Positions 46,390 through 56,313 are shown, counted from the stretch's first letter. The stretch: DNA of 64,000 bases from Dehalococcoidia bacterium (GCA_965222025.1 CBDCTI010000007.1:555339-619338); one strand, 5' to 3'. Notes: generated by a model not told the origin, from the letters alone. Made by a program: numbers and translations.

Positions 46390-47238
46390 CTAGGCAGTGT
46401 CGTCAAAATAACTACTTGATGGTAAGGTACTGGGGAAAGTGTGAGAGTGCGGGGTGGGACTATGACGGCAGCGCATCGACGTCACGATATAGCGGACCAG
46501 GTTTGGGAACGATTGCGACCCTTTTTGCCTGGAGACGGAGGCAAAAGAGGTAGGCCGGCTCGAGACAACCGGTTGTTTTTGAACGCGGTGTTCTGGATTC
46601 TGCGTACCGGTGCTCCATGGCGGGACCTGCCACCGGATTACGGGGACTGGAAAAACACCCACCGGCGCTTCTGTCGCTGGCGGGACCGGGGTGTCTGGGA
46701 GCAACTGCTGGATGCGGTCGTCGACGATCCGGACTTTGAGTGGCTGATGATAGACGCCAGCTACATCAAGGTTCATCCCCACGGGACTGGGGCACGGGGA
46801 GGCAATCAAGCCATAGGCCGCACAAAAGGGGGCTGAACAGCAAACTGCACCTGGCCGTTGATGCCCATGGAATGCCGGTTCGGTTGGTTTTGACCGGGGG
46901 CACGGTGGCGGACTGCACCCAAGCCCATTCGCTGACGGCTGACCTGCCGGCCCAGTATCTGCTGGCCGACCGGGGCTACGACACCAACTCCATCGTGGCG
47001 GAGGCCGAGGCCCGGGGAATGGAACCGGTAATACCCCCGAGGAGCCACCGCAAGGAACCCCGGAACTACGACCGGGCATTGTATAAACTGCGTCATCTAG
47101 TGGAGAACTCATTTCTGGACTTCAAGCAATGGCGTGCCGTAGCGACTCGATATGCCAAAAACGAAGCGTCCTTCCTGGCCATCTGCCAAATCAGGGCACT
47201 GGCAATCTGGGCCAGATTATTTTGACGACACACCCTAG
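46390..47238 (+). mobile_element. IS5-family (IS427-like) insertion sequence, ~0.84 kb
   Basis: The inverted repeat ggcagtgtcgtcaaaataa (46394-) matches the reverse complement of ttattttgacgacacacc (-47234). CTAG flanks both sides (46390-46393 and 47235-47238). Confidence 0.85.
46462..47225 (+). CDS. IS5-family transposase, two frames joined by a probable -1 frameshift
   Basis: OrfA (HDIADQVWERLRPFLP...RTGAPWRDLP) ends at 46836. OrfB (the DDE part, LLADRGYD...) is in the -1 frame. The slippery run a-aaa-ggg is at 46824-46830, and reading continues as KRGLNSKLHLAVD. Confidence 0.8.
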
Positions 47239-47320
47239 GGCGTGTGGACATTCAGGGTTGAGTTGGAATTTTGTGTTGTGCCTCAATCAGACTTCGGTAC
47301 GCTCAGCCCGACGTATGGCG

Positions 47321-47614
47321 TCATAGAGGCTCGCTCTCGGCCAAAGCGACTGCTTTCTCCCTGATATGGCGGGGTACTTCTCTGCTTTCTGCACAAATAA
47401 GCAGGGCGTCTCTGGCCCGCCCTACTGCAATGATTTTTCGAGCCGGATATACTCGACGAGTCAGGGCTGCGGAATAGTCACGGCCCCAATCTTCCGCGAT
47501 GTATCTGGCAACCGTCTCGTTCAATAGGTCAAGGTCGCAAAGCTCTCCGAAGAATGTAACGAAGCACTCTTTCCCAATTGACTGGAGGTATCGGTTCAAC
47601 TGCTGGTCGTTCAC
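47321..47614 (-). CDS. hypothetical protein (97 aa)
   Basis: The GTG at 47614 is preceded by AAGGAG. No family recognised. The ORF is open to 47680. Confidence 0.5.
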   Translation of the reverse strand: MNDQQLNRYLQSIGKECFVTFFGELCDLDLLNETVARYIAEDWGRDYSAALTRRVYPARKIIAVGRARDALLICAESREVPRHIREKAVALAESEPL

Positions 47615-47722
47615 ATGCACTCCTTTGCTTAGGGTCTGTGGACATTCAGCAATGCATAGTGAGATGCACGGTGCGCACATTGGGACGCGACGAGGGTGCC
47701 GGCGTCCAGATCAGAGCAGCCC

Positions 47723-48169
47723 TCAGTGAATGCAGAAATCGTTATACGGAGTCTCCAAAGTCACAGCGGCATAAATCTCGAAGGCCGCGAGGGTCACACA
47801 ACACCTGATTTCAATCGCCCGGACTTTCATGTTGCGGACGATCCTCTGCTTCTCTTTAAATTCGGCGTTATGGTCTTGACCAAGTTTCTTTAAGGTCATG
47901 GGACCTAACCCCAGGTCTGCTATCGTCATCCGGGAGGGCAAGGGTGCCGTCTTAGTGGTGCCGGTGCGATGTTGCCTAATCCGTGTCAGGATGTCCTGCT
48001 TGGAATGGGGGCCGACGATACCAACGTACATCGGGTCGTTGCCCTCATAAAAGACGTACGCGCCGCTGTGTATGTGCAGGCTATCTAAGGTCTCCTCACA
48101 GTATGGGGTGCTTGCCTCGAGCTCCTTCAGGAGAGGTTTTAACTGATGATGGATTTCTTCTTCAAACAT
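47723..48169 (-). CDS. GIY-YIG nuclease domain protein
   Basis: 148 aa. GAYVFY...PMYVGI matches the GIY...YIG pair. A conserved Arg follows (LTRIRQHR), then a Glu (AFEIYAA) and YN near the C-terminus. Confidence 0.7.
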   Translation of the reverse strand: MFEEEIHHQLKPLLKELEASTPYCEETLDSLHIHSGAYVFYEGNDPMYVGIVGPHSKQDILTRIRQHRTGTTKTAPLPSRMTIADLGLGPMTLKKLGQDHNAEFKEKQRIVRNMKVRAIEIRCCVTLAAFEIYAAVTLETPYNDFCIH

Positions 48170-48306
48170 GGGGACTTTGAGTGCAAAACAGATCGAGGAC
48201 TAAGGCTACGGGCCGCCCTCACGTCCATTACCAGCCCATCTTCAACCTTTTCTGGCTCTGGAACAACCTGAATTGCTGAATGTCCACAGACCCTAGACCG
48301 CGCTGC

Positions 48307-49500
48307 TCAGGCGGCGATGCGAATAATGCTGTACATGTGGCGGTATAGCCGCGCCGCCTCTGCAAGAAGGTCCCCGATTCCCCCGCCGCTCGGCCTCACA
48401 TGCTCGAAGGCCAGGACTTCCGTGTACCGCACGTCGCCCCGGTCCTTTGTCGCGGCGTGCAGCCGCCGCGACTCGGCCGCGGGAACCAGTCGGTCGTTGC
48501 GGTCGTGCATGATCAGCAGCTTGGCTTCGATGTTGCTGGCGTGGGTTGCGGGAGAGATCGCGTCCAGGTCCCTGCGAAAGTCCACCGACAGCGTGGGGTA
48601 GAGCGCCTCGGCCTCCTCCGGGGTCGTCCCTTCCAGCAGCCGCGCCACCGCCAGGCCAGCAGGCGAAAGCGACTCTGTCTCGGCCATCTCCACCGCTTCC
48701 CCGTTCAGGTGCCGCCGGGTGAGAACGTCAACGTCCCGCGGTTCTTCCAGCGATTCGATCAGCTCGTTCGCCAGCACCTTCAGCGTCAGCGAGTCCGGGT
48801 CCCACGGCGTCCGCTCCCCATCGTAGACCACCGAGCGAGACGCAGCCTGCATCAACAACTCCCGCGCGTCGTAATACGGGCCGAAAGCATTGACGAAATG
48901 CACGTGCTCCCGTATGCGCGGGTCGGCCGCCGCCACCAGCGCAAACGACGCCCCGACGCAGAAGCCACCCAGCCCGACGCGCTCCGGGTCCACGTACCCC
49001 CGCTCGGACAGATAAATGAATGCCCACACCAGGTTGTCCAGCTCAGTTATGTCGATGTTCGCCCGCAGGGCCATCGTTGATGACCAGTGGAACATGGTGA
49101 CGTACCCGGCCCGAGCCAGGGCGTTGCCCAGGTTCACCACGTCGGCATCGTCCCGCCCCGCGGCGTTGGCCCCCAGGAACAACACGACCGCCGCTCGCGG
49201 CTTGCCGTCCGGCAGCCGGTACACGTCCGCCACCGTCGAGCCGTCCGCAGACTGGTAGTGCACCTCGTGGCGCAGGGGTTCGTCAGTAAACCAGGTCTGC
49301 GGCTTGACGCCAAGATCCAGCACCTGGGTAACAAACAACGCCGTATGAAAGCCCGCGCGGCCTTGAGGAGTCAGCGCTATGAAGAGCGTGAAGAGCGCCC
49401 CGAACACCACCAGCGCCTGGAAAACCCAGGACGCCCCCTTGCGGAGCACCCGCTTCCATCGCCCGCCCGCGCGGGCCGCCGATTCCGGGCCGCCGTTCAT
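48307..49500 (-). CDS. alpha/beta hydrolase (dienelactone hydrolase-like) with N-terminal TM anchor
   Basis: 397 aa. The nucleophile elbow GGFCVGAS has Cys, as in the DLH family. Has an N-terminal hydrophobic helix. Confidence 0.7.
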   Translation of the reverse strand: MNGGPESAARAGGRWKRVLRKGASWVFQALVVFGALFTLFIALTPQGRAGFHTALFVTQVLDLGVKPQTWFTDEPLRHEVHYQSADGSTVADVYRLPDGKPRAAVVLFLGANAAGRDDADVVNLGNALARAGYVTMFHWSSTMALRANIDITELDNLVWAFIYLSERGYVDPERVGLGGFCVGASFALVAAADPRIREHVHFVNAFGPYYDARELLMQAASRSVVYDGERTPWDPDSLTLKVLANELIESLEEPRDVDVLTRRHLNGEAVEMAETESLSPAGLAVARLLEGTTPEEAEALYPTLSVDFRRDLDAISPATHASNIEAKLLIMHDRNDRLVPAAESRRLHAATKDRGDVRYTEVLAFEHVRPSGGGIGDLLAEAARLYRHMYSIIRIAA

Positions 49501-49503
49501 GTG

Positions 49504-50772
49504 CTAGACCCGCACCACCCGGATCATGAATACTGACACCACCCTCGTCGCTGCCATGGCAAGAAACACGATCGGCCAGGGGCTGCCGGTCACGTCCAGC
49601 ACCACGCCGAACACGATCGCTTGCGCCCCAGCGTACAGGTAGCCATGAGCGTCCAGGATGCCCGAAGCGGTCCCGGCCATCCGTCGACCCCCCATATCCA
49701 CAGACACCGTCGACATCGGCGACATACCCATGGCCAAGCCACCGGTCAGCAACAGCACCGCCCCCAGGACCTCGTTGGACGGCGGCACCAGGGCAATGAC
49801 CGCAATAATGCCGGCGCTCGCCAGGCAGGACGAAATCACCAGCGGCCTTCGCTGGCTGTTCAGGAAACGGTCCGAGATGAACCCCGACAATGGCGGCGCT
49901 AGCAGGTACCCCACCGGCAACAGCACCGTCACGAACACCGTCGACTCAATCGACAGCTCGCCCACTTCCGAATAGTAGATCGCCACCCACGTGGTGAGCC
50001 CATAGCGGACCACGTTCTCCAGCCCCTTCACGTGGCAGGCCAGGACGAAGCGGCTGTTGCTCAGCAGCTCCCAAAAGGGCCCCAGGCCCTTCAATCGTTC
50101 GGCGCTCACCATCTCCGGGGTGGCGGAAACCTCGTCCTCTTCGATGTATTCGGGCAGGTCGAGATCGGCAGGACGGTCGCGCACCAGCAGGTAGAAGGCA
50201 ACCCCCAGCACCGCTGAGATTATCGGCAGGTACCGGAACGCGGCGCGCCATCCCCACTCCGCTCCGACCCAACCAGCCAGCGTCCACATCACCAGCATCG
50301 CCCCGCCTGCTGACGTCCCCACGATGCCCAGCGCGACTCCCCGGCGACTGCGCGGCCACCACTGCGAGATCATGCTCATGGCCGGGGCCCAGCACGCGGC
50401 GTTCACGAACCCCGCCAGCCCCAGCGGAATCGCCATGGTCAACGGAGAGACCGCAAAGCTGGTGATAAAGTTGAATACGGCCGTCAGTATCGCCCCTACC
50501 ATCACCCACAGCCGCAGCCCGAAGGCCTCCGACAACCGGCCATGGAACACATCCCCCAGTCCGAACCCCCAGAAGAGCATCGCCCAGATCATCGCGATCT
50601 CGACGTTGCTGAGCGCCAGGCTCTCCTTCACCAGCGGCCCCAGCGGATACAGGCTGAACCTTCCCAGGTAGGCGAAGAGGTAGAATCCGGCAAACGCCAG
50701 CAGCACGCGCCACCTGAATACGTGGTAAGCGTGCGGCAGGTCGTCGAATCGAACTGCGCCTATGCTGGTCAT
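49504..50772 (-). CDS. MFS transporter
   Basis: 422 aa, about 12 TM segments. Confidence 0.8.
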   Translation of the reverse strand: MTSIGAVRFDDLPHAYHVFRWRVLLAFAGFYLFAYLGRFSLYPLGPLVKESLALSNVEIAMIWAMLFWGFGLGDVFHGRLSEAFGLRLWVMVGAILTAVFNFITSFAVSPLTMAIPLGLAGFVNAACWAPAMSMISQWWPRSRRGVALGIVGTSAGGAMLVMWTLAGWVGAEWGWRAAFRYLPIISAVLGVAFYLLVRDRPADLDLPEYIEEDEVSATPEMVSAERLKGLGPFWELLSNSRFVLACHVKGLENVVRYGLTTWVAIYYSEVGELSIESTVFVTVLLPVGYLLAPPLSGFISDRFLNSQRRPLVISSCLASAGIIAVIALVPPSNEVLGAVLLLTGGLAMGMSPMSTVSVDMGGRRMAGTASGILDAHGYLYAGAQAIVFGVVLDVTGSPWPIVFLAMAATRVVSVFMIRVVRV

Positions 50773-50975
50773 CGGTGTCTGCGTCGCATCCTGGAAGAAT
50801 CATGGGGAAGAATTATGGGGAAGGATCAGGGGGTCGGCCGGGTCCGGTAATGTCTGCCCTCGCCCAGTTCCTCGACTGCGACGGAAGGCTCAGTGTCCGG
50901 AAAATTGGCAGACCCGGGCAGCCGTGCGGCCGCCCGGGTCCAGGGATGCCTCGTTTGCTGGGAGTGCTGGAGGCT

Positions 50976-51452
50976 CTAGTTGGCCGGTATGGCGGCCTTT
51001 GCGATGCCGAGCAGCTCATCGTTCGGCGCCTCAAGGTCAATGAGATCGCCGTGGGGCTGAGGGACGTCGAATCCCGTCTTGCAGTACAGCTCGAGGCGGT
51101 TGCCTTCGGGATCGAAGAAGTACATGCCGAAGGCGTTGCCGTGGCTGACTATGCGGTCGATCTCCACTCCTTCCGCCTTGATCCGCTGGTGATACTCCTT
51201 CAAGTCGTCCAGCCCAGGCACGATGAAGGAAATCTGCTGAATTACCTTGGCGTCCCCGGACGTGACCCGCCCCTTCATCAGCACAAACTCGTGATGCTCG
51301 CGCTCCGGATCCGAGCTCAGGAAGCTCATTCCCCGTCCGTCCAGGTCCTCGTCCGCAATCTGCAGGCCCAGAACCCGGGTGTAGAAGTCCCGCTGCTTCA
51401 TGATGTCTTCGGCATAGATACCGACGTGTCCCAATCCCTCTATCTTTGACAT
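50976..51452 (-). CDS. VOC family protein (glyoxalase/extradiol dioxygenase fold)
   Basis: GLGHVGIYAEDIMKQRDFYTRVLGL...HHEFVL...FFDPEGNRLELY. The start is taken at MSKIEG. Confidence 0.8.
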   Translation of the reverse strand: MSKIEGLGHVGIYAEDIMKQRDFYTRVLGLQIADEDLDGRGMSFLSSDPEREHHEFVLMKGRVTSGDAKVIQQISFIVPGLDDLKEYHQRIKAEGVEIDRIVSHGNAFGMYFFDPEGNRLELYCKTGFDVPQPHGDLIDLEAPNDELLGIAKAAIPAN

Positions 51453-51545
51453 GTTCCCCTCGCCAATATTTGATTGTCTGCCCGTTTGCCGAAAGTTTCC
51501 GGAATTATACACCATCGCTTTCGGCAACTGACCCTCAGGTGAGAG

Positions 51546-53060
51546 TTACGCGGATCCGCTCGACAGGTTCACGGCCAGTTGCGCCAGCGTCCGGGCGGGC
51601 GCGCCCGTGGCTCCCTTCACCAGGTAGCCCGACGCCTTCTCCGACGTGGAGGTTCCGGCGATGTCCAGGTGCGCCCACGCGGCGCCGTCCACGAACTCCT
51701 TCAGTAGCAGGGCTGCCGTGATCGAGCCTGCCTGCCGTCCTCCGCTGTTCTTCATGTCCGCCACGTCGCTTCGAATCAGCTCCTTGTATTCGTCGAACAT
51801 CGGTAGCTGCCAGAACTTTTCGCCCGTCTGCTTGCCAGCCTCTATCACGCCGCCAATCAGTTCGTCGTCGTTGCCCATCACCCCGGTGCACGCCTTACCC
51901 AGCGTGGTAACCATCGCGCCGGTCAGGGTTGCCACATCAACCAGGCGGGTGATCCCCCGCTCCCGGGCCAGGCACAACGCGTCGGCCAGCACCAGTCTCC
52001 CCTCGGCGTCCGTATTGATGACCTCGATGGTCTTCCCGTTCATGGCCGTGACCACGTCGCCCGGGCGTTGCGCCGACCCGCCGGGCATGTTCTCGGTAGC
52101 CCCCACCATCCCCGTTACATTAATCCTGGGTTTCAGCTGGGCTATGATCTGCATCGCCGCAATGACCGCAGCTCCTCCCGCCATGTCTCCCTTCATCGAC
52201 TCCATCCCCGCCGCGGGTTTTATCGATATCCCCCCGGTATCAAACGTGATTCCCTTGCCGATGAGGCCCAGGTTATTGTTCGAGTGGTCTACGTCTCCCT
52301 CATAGGTGAGGATGATCAGCTTGGCGGGTTCTTCAGACCCTTGGGCTACGCCGATGAACGCGCCCATCCCCATTTCCTTCATGTGGGCGTTCTCCAGCAC
52401 CTCGAACCCCAGTCCGTGCTCCTCGGCAACCCGTCGTGCAGTCTCGGCCATGGCAGTCGGGGTCATCACGTTGGCGGGCTCGTTCACCATGTTGCGCGCG
52501 ATCATCGTGGCATCGGCCATGGCTTCCCCGCGTTCTATGCCTTCGCCGATGGCCCTCGCGCGTTCACCGTCCAGCTCGGCAACGGTCAGTTCCGAAAACT
52601 CATCGTCGCCATCGTCGCCGTTGGTGTGGTAGCGATCAAATCGATACAACCCCAGTAGCGACCCTTCCGCAATACTTTGCCCCGATTCTTCGGGTGCCAG
52701 GCCGCCGACCCCCGCTCCGTGCGCGATGGTCACCGCTGAGCAGATTCCCCGCCGTCGCAGATACCGCAGGGATTCCGACGACACCCGGCGGACCACCTCG
52801 GCACTGAAGCTATCCTGTGAGCCCAGCCCGGCCACGAGCACCCGCGCCGGTCCGATCCTGCCCAGGGTGTGCAGCAATGTGATCTCCCCGTTCTTGCCGG
52901 TGATTTCGCCATCTTCTATGAGGTTACTGATGGCCCCGTCGAGAGCGCGGTCCACCGCCCCCGTCGCCCCTCCGGGCGCCTTGACCCCTTTGAACAGATT
53001 GACGATCAGCGCTGGAGTCTCAATTTTCGTTATATCCGCGATTTCGACCTTGATCTTCAT
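51546..53060 (-). CDS. pepA: leucyl aminopeptidase (M17)
   Basis: 504 aa with the NTDAEGRLVLADAL signature and GKGITFDTGG. Confidence 0.92.
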   Translation of the reverse strand: MKIKVEIADITKIETPALIVNLFKGVKAPGGATGAVDRALDGAISNLIEDGEITGKNGEITLLHTLGRIGPARVLVAGLGSQDSFSAEVVRRVSSESLRYLRRRGICSAVTIAHGAGVGGLAPEESGQSIAEGSLLGLYRFDRYHTNGDDGDDEFSELTVAELDGERARAIGEGIERGEAMADATMIARNMVNEPANVMTPTAMAETARRVAEEHGLGFEVLENAHMKEMGMGAFIGVAQGSEEPAKLIILTYEGDVDHSNNNLGLIGKGITFDTGGISIKPAAGMESMKGDMAGGAAVIAAMQIIAQLKPRINVTGMVGATENMPGGSAQRPGDVVTAMNGKTIEVINTDAEGRLVLADALCLARERGITRLVDVATLTGAMVTTLGKACTGVMGNDDELIGGVIEAGKQTGEKFWQLPMFDEYKELIRSDVADMKNSGGRQAGSITAALLLKEFVDGAAWAHLDIAGTSTSEKASGYLVKGATGAPARTLAQLAVNLSSGSA

Positions 53061-53152
53061 CCTTCCATCCCTTCGTGCAGGAGTTCCTCGATATGGAGGG
53101 TTATTTCTTCACACTTTCAAAATAAGTCGTGAATCTATCTTTTCCACAATCC

Positions 53153-53770
53153 TTATTCCGTTCCAGCCCAGTCGAGTACTCTTTGCAGCGCGGGCTGGAT
53201 ATTACAGGAAGTGTCGACCAGGATGTGCGGGCGGGACACCTTCTGCCACGCCGGGGCCATGCGGGTATATATCTCCCATCCGGCCTCCGACCACGTACTC
53301 TGGTCCAGGCCTGCTTCCCTGTCCAAAAGACGCTTTTGCACGACTTCCGGCGGCGCTGTCATAACCGCAATCGCCAAGGGCGCACCGCGCTTCTCTGCGA
53401 TTGAGTAGACCGGCCTCCTGTTTCGCTGCCCCGTGTTTGTGGCATCAAAAAGCACCGGATAACCCTGCCCCAGAAACTCGTCCATAAGCCTGTGGCAAGC
53501 CTTGAACACGCGGCTATGCTCTCCCGCCGTGTATTGGGGCTTGGCGACCAGGGCCTTGCGCACCCGGTCGGATTCCACCACAACGAAGGGACACCGTGCC
53601 GTTACTTCCCTGGCGAACCTGGACTTTCCTGACCCAGGGAGACCCGCCAGCATCAGAAGCCTGGGGCTACCGGAACGGATCCCCGCGTTGCGAACGTCGG
53701 CAACCAACAGCGACCGAAGGTGGGACGTGTCGGAATCAAGAGACGGCCGGTGAGCGCGATAATCCACCAC
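53153..53770 (-). CDS. P-loop ATPase / putative kinase (AAA_33-like)
   Basis: Walker A GLPGSGKS. 205 aa. Confidence 0.65.
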   Translation of the reverse strand: MVDYRAHRPSLDSDTSHLRSLLVADVRNAGIRSGSPRLLMLAGLPGSGKSRFAREVTARCPFVVVESDRVRKALVAKPQYTAGEHSRVFKACHRLMDEFLGQGYPVLFDATNTGQRNRRPVYSIAEKRGAPLAIAVMTAPPEVVQKRLLDREAGLDQSTWSEAGWEIYTRMAPAWQKVSRPHILVDTSCNIQPALQRVLDWAGTE

Positions 53771-53800
53771 AATCGGGTATCGCTAGGTCATGCCCGAGGA

Positions 53801-54790
53801 TCAGCCAGCGCCGTCGTCGCCATGGTTGGCCATGCTAAGCCGATTGCGACGATTTGCCTCGGCTTCCAGCACCGCCGGAGAGAGCAGGAAGGCGACGGAT
53901 GCCAGGATCATCAGGCCCACCGCTAAGAACCCGAGATCAACTGGCAGGGACAGCGCCGAAATGACGATGAGAATGGAAGTTATGAGCGTCAGTAGCCCGA
54001 TCCGGAGCAGTCTCGGGCCCACCCGCAGGAACACCGCAGTCGTAACTGCCAGCGCCAGGAAAATGAACGCTCGCGCCGTGTCCGACTGTTGCATGCGTTC
54101 GGCGTGGTCGCTCCACAGCCCGCCCGACCAGTTGAGGAAGAGTACCCACGAAGTCAGGAACGGGAACGGCAATGCCGACAGCGACACCAGTAGCCAGTCC
54201 CTCCTGGCAATCTTCGAAACGACGTTGAACACGATCCACATGGAGAAGGGAACATACCCAACCATAAGGAATAACAGTGCTATGTCGAAGGGCAATTCCC
54301 CCTTCGTCAGCAGTGTCCAGCCACCGTAGGCCAGGGTTATGAGCGACAGCAGCCAGGAGATCGCCGGCGCTGCCAGCGAATATCCCATCCAGGAGTAGGA
54401 CCATTGACTGGGTCGACCTGCCCGCCAGTGCCGCCAGGTCACGAACGCTATGCTCACCAGCACCACGGATACCAGGAAGTAGTGGCTCCACAAATGCAGG
54501 GCAAATAGTGCGGCCAGCAGAAAGTGGGGAAGCATGGCCAGGACGACGTCTCTCCACACACCTGTGGTGCTGTGGACGGCATACATCCGGCTCGCGAGGT
54601 TTCGTGGCGCGCCCATTTCTTCGACGGCGCAGGCTAGGGCCGACTCGCGGTCGAGGCCATCTGCCTCCATCTCCGCGGCCTTGTCTTCAATATGAGTCTG
54701 CAACTCCTCCAGTATCTCTCGTTCCCTGAGGGGGTCGAGATGGAGGCGTCGAGCTAGGGCATTTAGATAGTTGTTGATTACGCCCGGCAT
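53801..54790 (-). CDS. membrane protein with DUF1700-like N-terminal domain (PadR-associated)
   Basis: NNYLNALARRLHLDPLREREILEELQTHIED is followed by about 8 TM segments. It lies directly downstream of padR. The start is taken at 54790. Confidence 0.65.
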   Translation of the reverse strand: MPGVINNYLNALARRLHLDPLREREILEELQTHIEDKAAEMEADGLDRESALACAVEEMGAPRNLASRMYAVHSTTGVWRDVVLAMLPHFLLAALFALHLWSHYFLVSVVLVSIAFVTWRHWRAGRPSQWSYSWMGYSLAAPAISWLLSLITLAYGGWTLLTKGELPFDIALLFLMVGYVPFSMWIVFNVVSKIARRDWLLVSLSALPFPFLTSWVLFLNWSGGLWSDHAERMQQSDTARAFIFLALAVTTAVFLRVGPRLLRIGLLTLITSILIVISALSLPVDLGFLAVGLMILASVAFLLSPAVLEAEANRRNRLSMANHGDDGAG

Positions 54791-54813
54791 TTTGGCAACG
54801 CCCCGTCGGTTGG

Positions 54814-55146
54814 CTATTGGGTCCCAGTCAGCATGACGGAGTCCATGGCTCGGCTGAACCGCTGCCACTCGCGCAGACGGTCGGTTAGTTCCTGCCGTCC
54901 CTTGTCCGTGATGAAGTAGTAGCGGCGTCGGACGCTGGTGGGCGTGTCCACCCAGCGCCCTTCAATCAGCATGCCACGTTCCATCCGGTGTAGGGCCGGG
55001 TAGAGCGTGCCCTCCTTGAAGGCGAAATACCCACTGCTCCGCTGGTTGACTTCCTTCACTATCTGGTAGCCGTACATCGGCTCGTTCTGAAGCAGTGCCA
55101 GCAGAAGGGTATCGGTGTTTCCCTTGAGAAGTTCTTGCTGTTGCAT
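54814..55146 (-). CDS. PadR family transcriptional regulator
   Basis: LLKGNTDTLLLALLQNEPMYGYQIVKEV...GTLYPALHRMERGMLIEG. Confidence 0.9.
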   Translation of the reverse strand: MQQQELLKGNTDTLLLALLQNEPMYGYQIVKEVNQRSSGYFAFKEGTLYPALHRMERGMLIEGRWVDTPTSVRRRYYFITDKGRQELTDRLREWQRFSRAMDSVMLTGTQ

Positions 55147-55213
55147 TCCACCAACCGGTAAAAGGTGTAATTGGCCCCAGTCTATTCTAGGCGACCTGCG
55201 GGGTCAAAGGAGC

Positions 55214-55483
55214 TTACAATCCGGCCAGCACGGCCCGAATCAACATCAATACGATGATCACCACCATCGGGCTGAGGTCCAACCCCCCGAGGGCAGGCAG
55301 CATCCGCCTGATGGGAGCAAGTACCGGTTCAGTTATCTGGTTCACCACTCTGTCTATGGCCACAAGCAGGGGCGGGTAAGGTGTTCTGACGAAATAGACC
55401 ACGAACGACATGATCACCCTGGTGAAAATAGCCAGGGTAAACAGGATGATGGCGTAGTTGATGAGGCTTAGGAGAAAATGCAA
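55214..55483 (-). CDS. yggT: YggT family membrane protein
   Basis: 89 aa with two TM segments and an ITEPVLAPIRRMLP motif. It is adjacent to proC, as is common. Confidence 0.8.
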   Translation of the reverse strand: MHFLLSLINYAIILFTLAIFTRVIMSFVVYFVRTPYPPLLVAIDRVVNQITEPVLAPIRRMLPALGGLDLSPMVVIIVLMLIRAVLAGL

Positions 55484-55509
55484 AACGATTCAGGCAACAG
55501 GCATACGGC

Positions 55510-56313
55510 CTATCCCTGCCCAAGTTGGACTGACTTCCTGTAGGCGGCATCCACGGCGGCGACAATTGCCGCCGGAACTCCCTGTTCTTCGAGGATGCGC
55601 AGCGCCTCGGCTGTGGTTCCCCCGGGCGAGACGACCATATCCTTCAACTCGGCCGGATGCTTTCCCGTCTCCATGACCAGCCTCGTGCTGCCGAACACCG
55701 TCTGCAGTGCCAGCGTGCGGGCCATGTCTCGGGGCATGCCCACGTACACGCCCGCGTCGATCAGCGCTTCAATGAACAGGAAAACATACGCCGGGCCGCT
55801 GGCGCTGAGGGCCGTGGCCATGTCCATGTACTTTTCGTCAGAGACGTAAATCTCTTCACCGACGCTCGAGAGGACCGACCGCGTCATTTCCCGCTGTATC
55901 TCACCCACGCCGGGAGAACAGGTCCACAGGGTCATGCCGCTGCCAACCTGTGCCGGCGTGTTCGGCATTACCCTCACCACGGACCCGTGATTCAGGCCGT
56001 CCGACAGGGTGGACATCCGCGCCCCAGCGACTATCGACAGCGCGGCCTGCTGCGGTTGCAGCGACCCCTTCAACTGGCCGAGCACACCCCCCAGGTCCTG
56101 GGGCTTCACCGCCAGTACCACCAGGTCTGCCCCATCGGCCGCTTCCAGGTTGTCCGCCACCGGCCTTACCCCGAACTCAGTCGAGAGGAAGGCACGGCGA
56201 TCGGCAATCGGCTCCCCGATCGCTATGTCGCCCGGAGCTGCCAGCTTGCCGGCCAGCACCCCATGGACGATGGACTCCGCCATCTTGCCGCCGCCAATAA
56301 ATGATAGCTTCAT
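55510..56313 (-). CDS. proC: pyrroline-5-carboxylate reductase
   Basis: FIGGGKMAESI Rossmann motif and the SPGGTTAEAL signature. Confidence 0.92.
   Translation of the reverse strand: MKLSFIGGGKMAESIVHGVLAGKLAAPGDIAIGEPIADRRAFLSTEFGVRPVADNLEAADGADLVVLAVKPQDLGGVLGQLKGSLQPQQAALSIVAGARMSTLSDGLNHGSVVRVMPNTPAQVGSGMTLWTCSPGVGEIQREMTRSVLSSVGEEIYVSDEKYMDMATALSASGPAYVFLFIEALIDAGVYVGMPRDMARTLALQTVFGSTRLVMETGKHPAELKDMVVSPGGTTAEALRILEEQGVPAAIVAAVDAAYRKSVQLGQG

Larger units (their letters stand above)
47235..48296 (-). mobile_element. candidate non-autonomous IS5-like cargo element carrying a GIY-YIG gene and a small gene
   Basis: CTAG plus ggcgtgtggacattcag at 47235-47255, and the inverted copy ctgaatgtccacagaccctag at 48276-48296. 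A third copy (tagggtctgtggacattcagcaat, 47630-47653) forms a 24/24 inverted pair with 48272-48295. The interior is visibly more AT-rich than the flanks. Confidence 0.4.
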
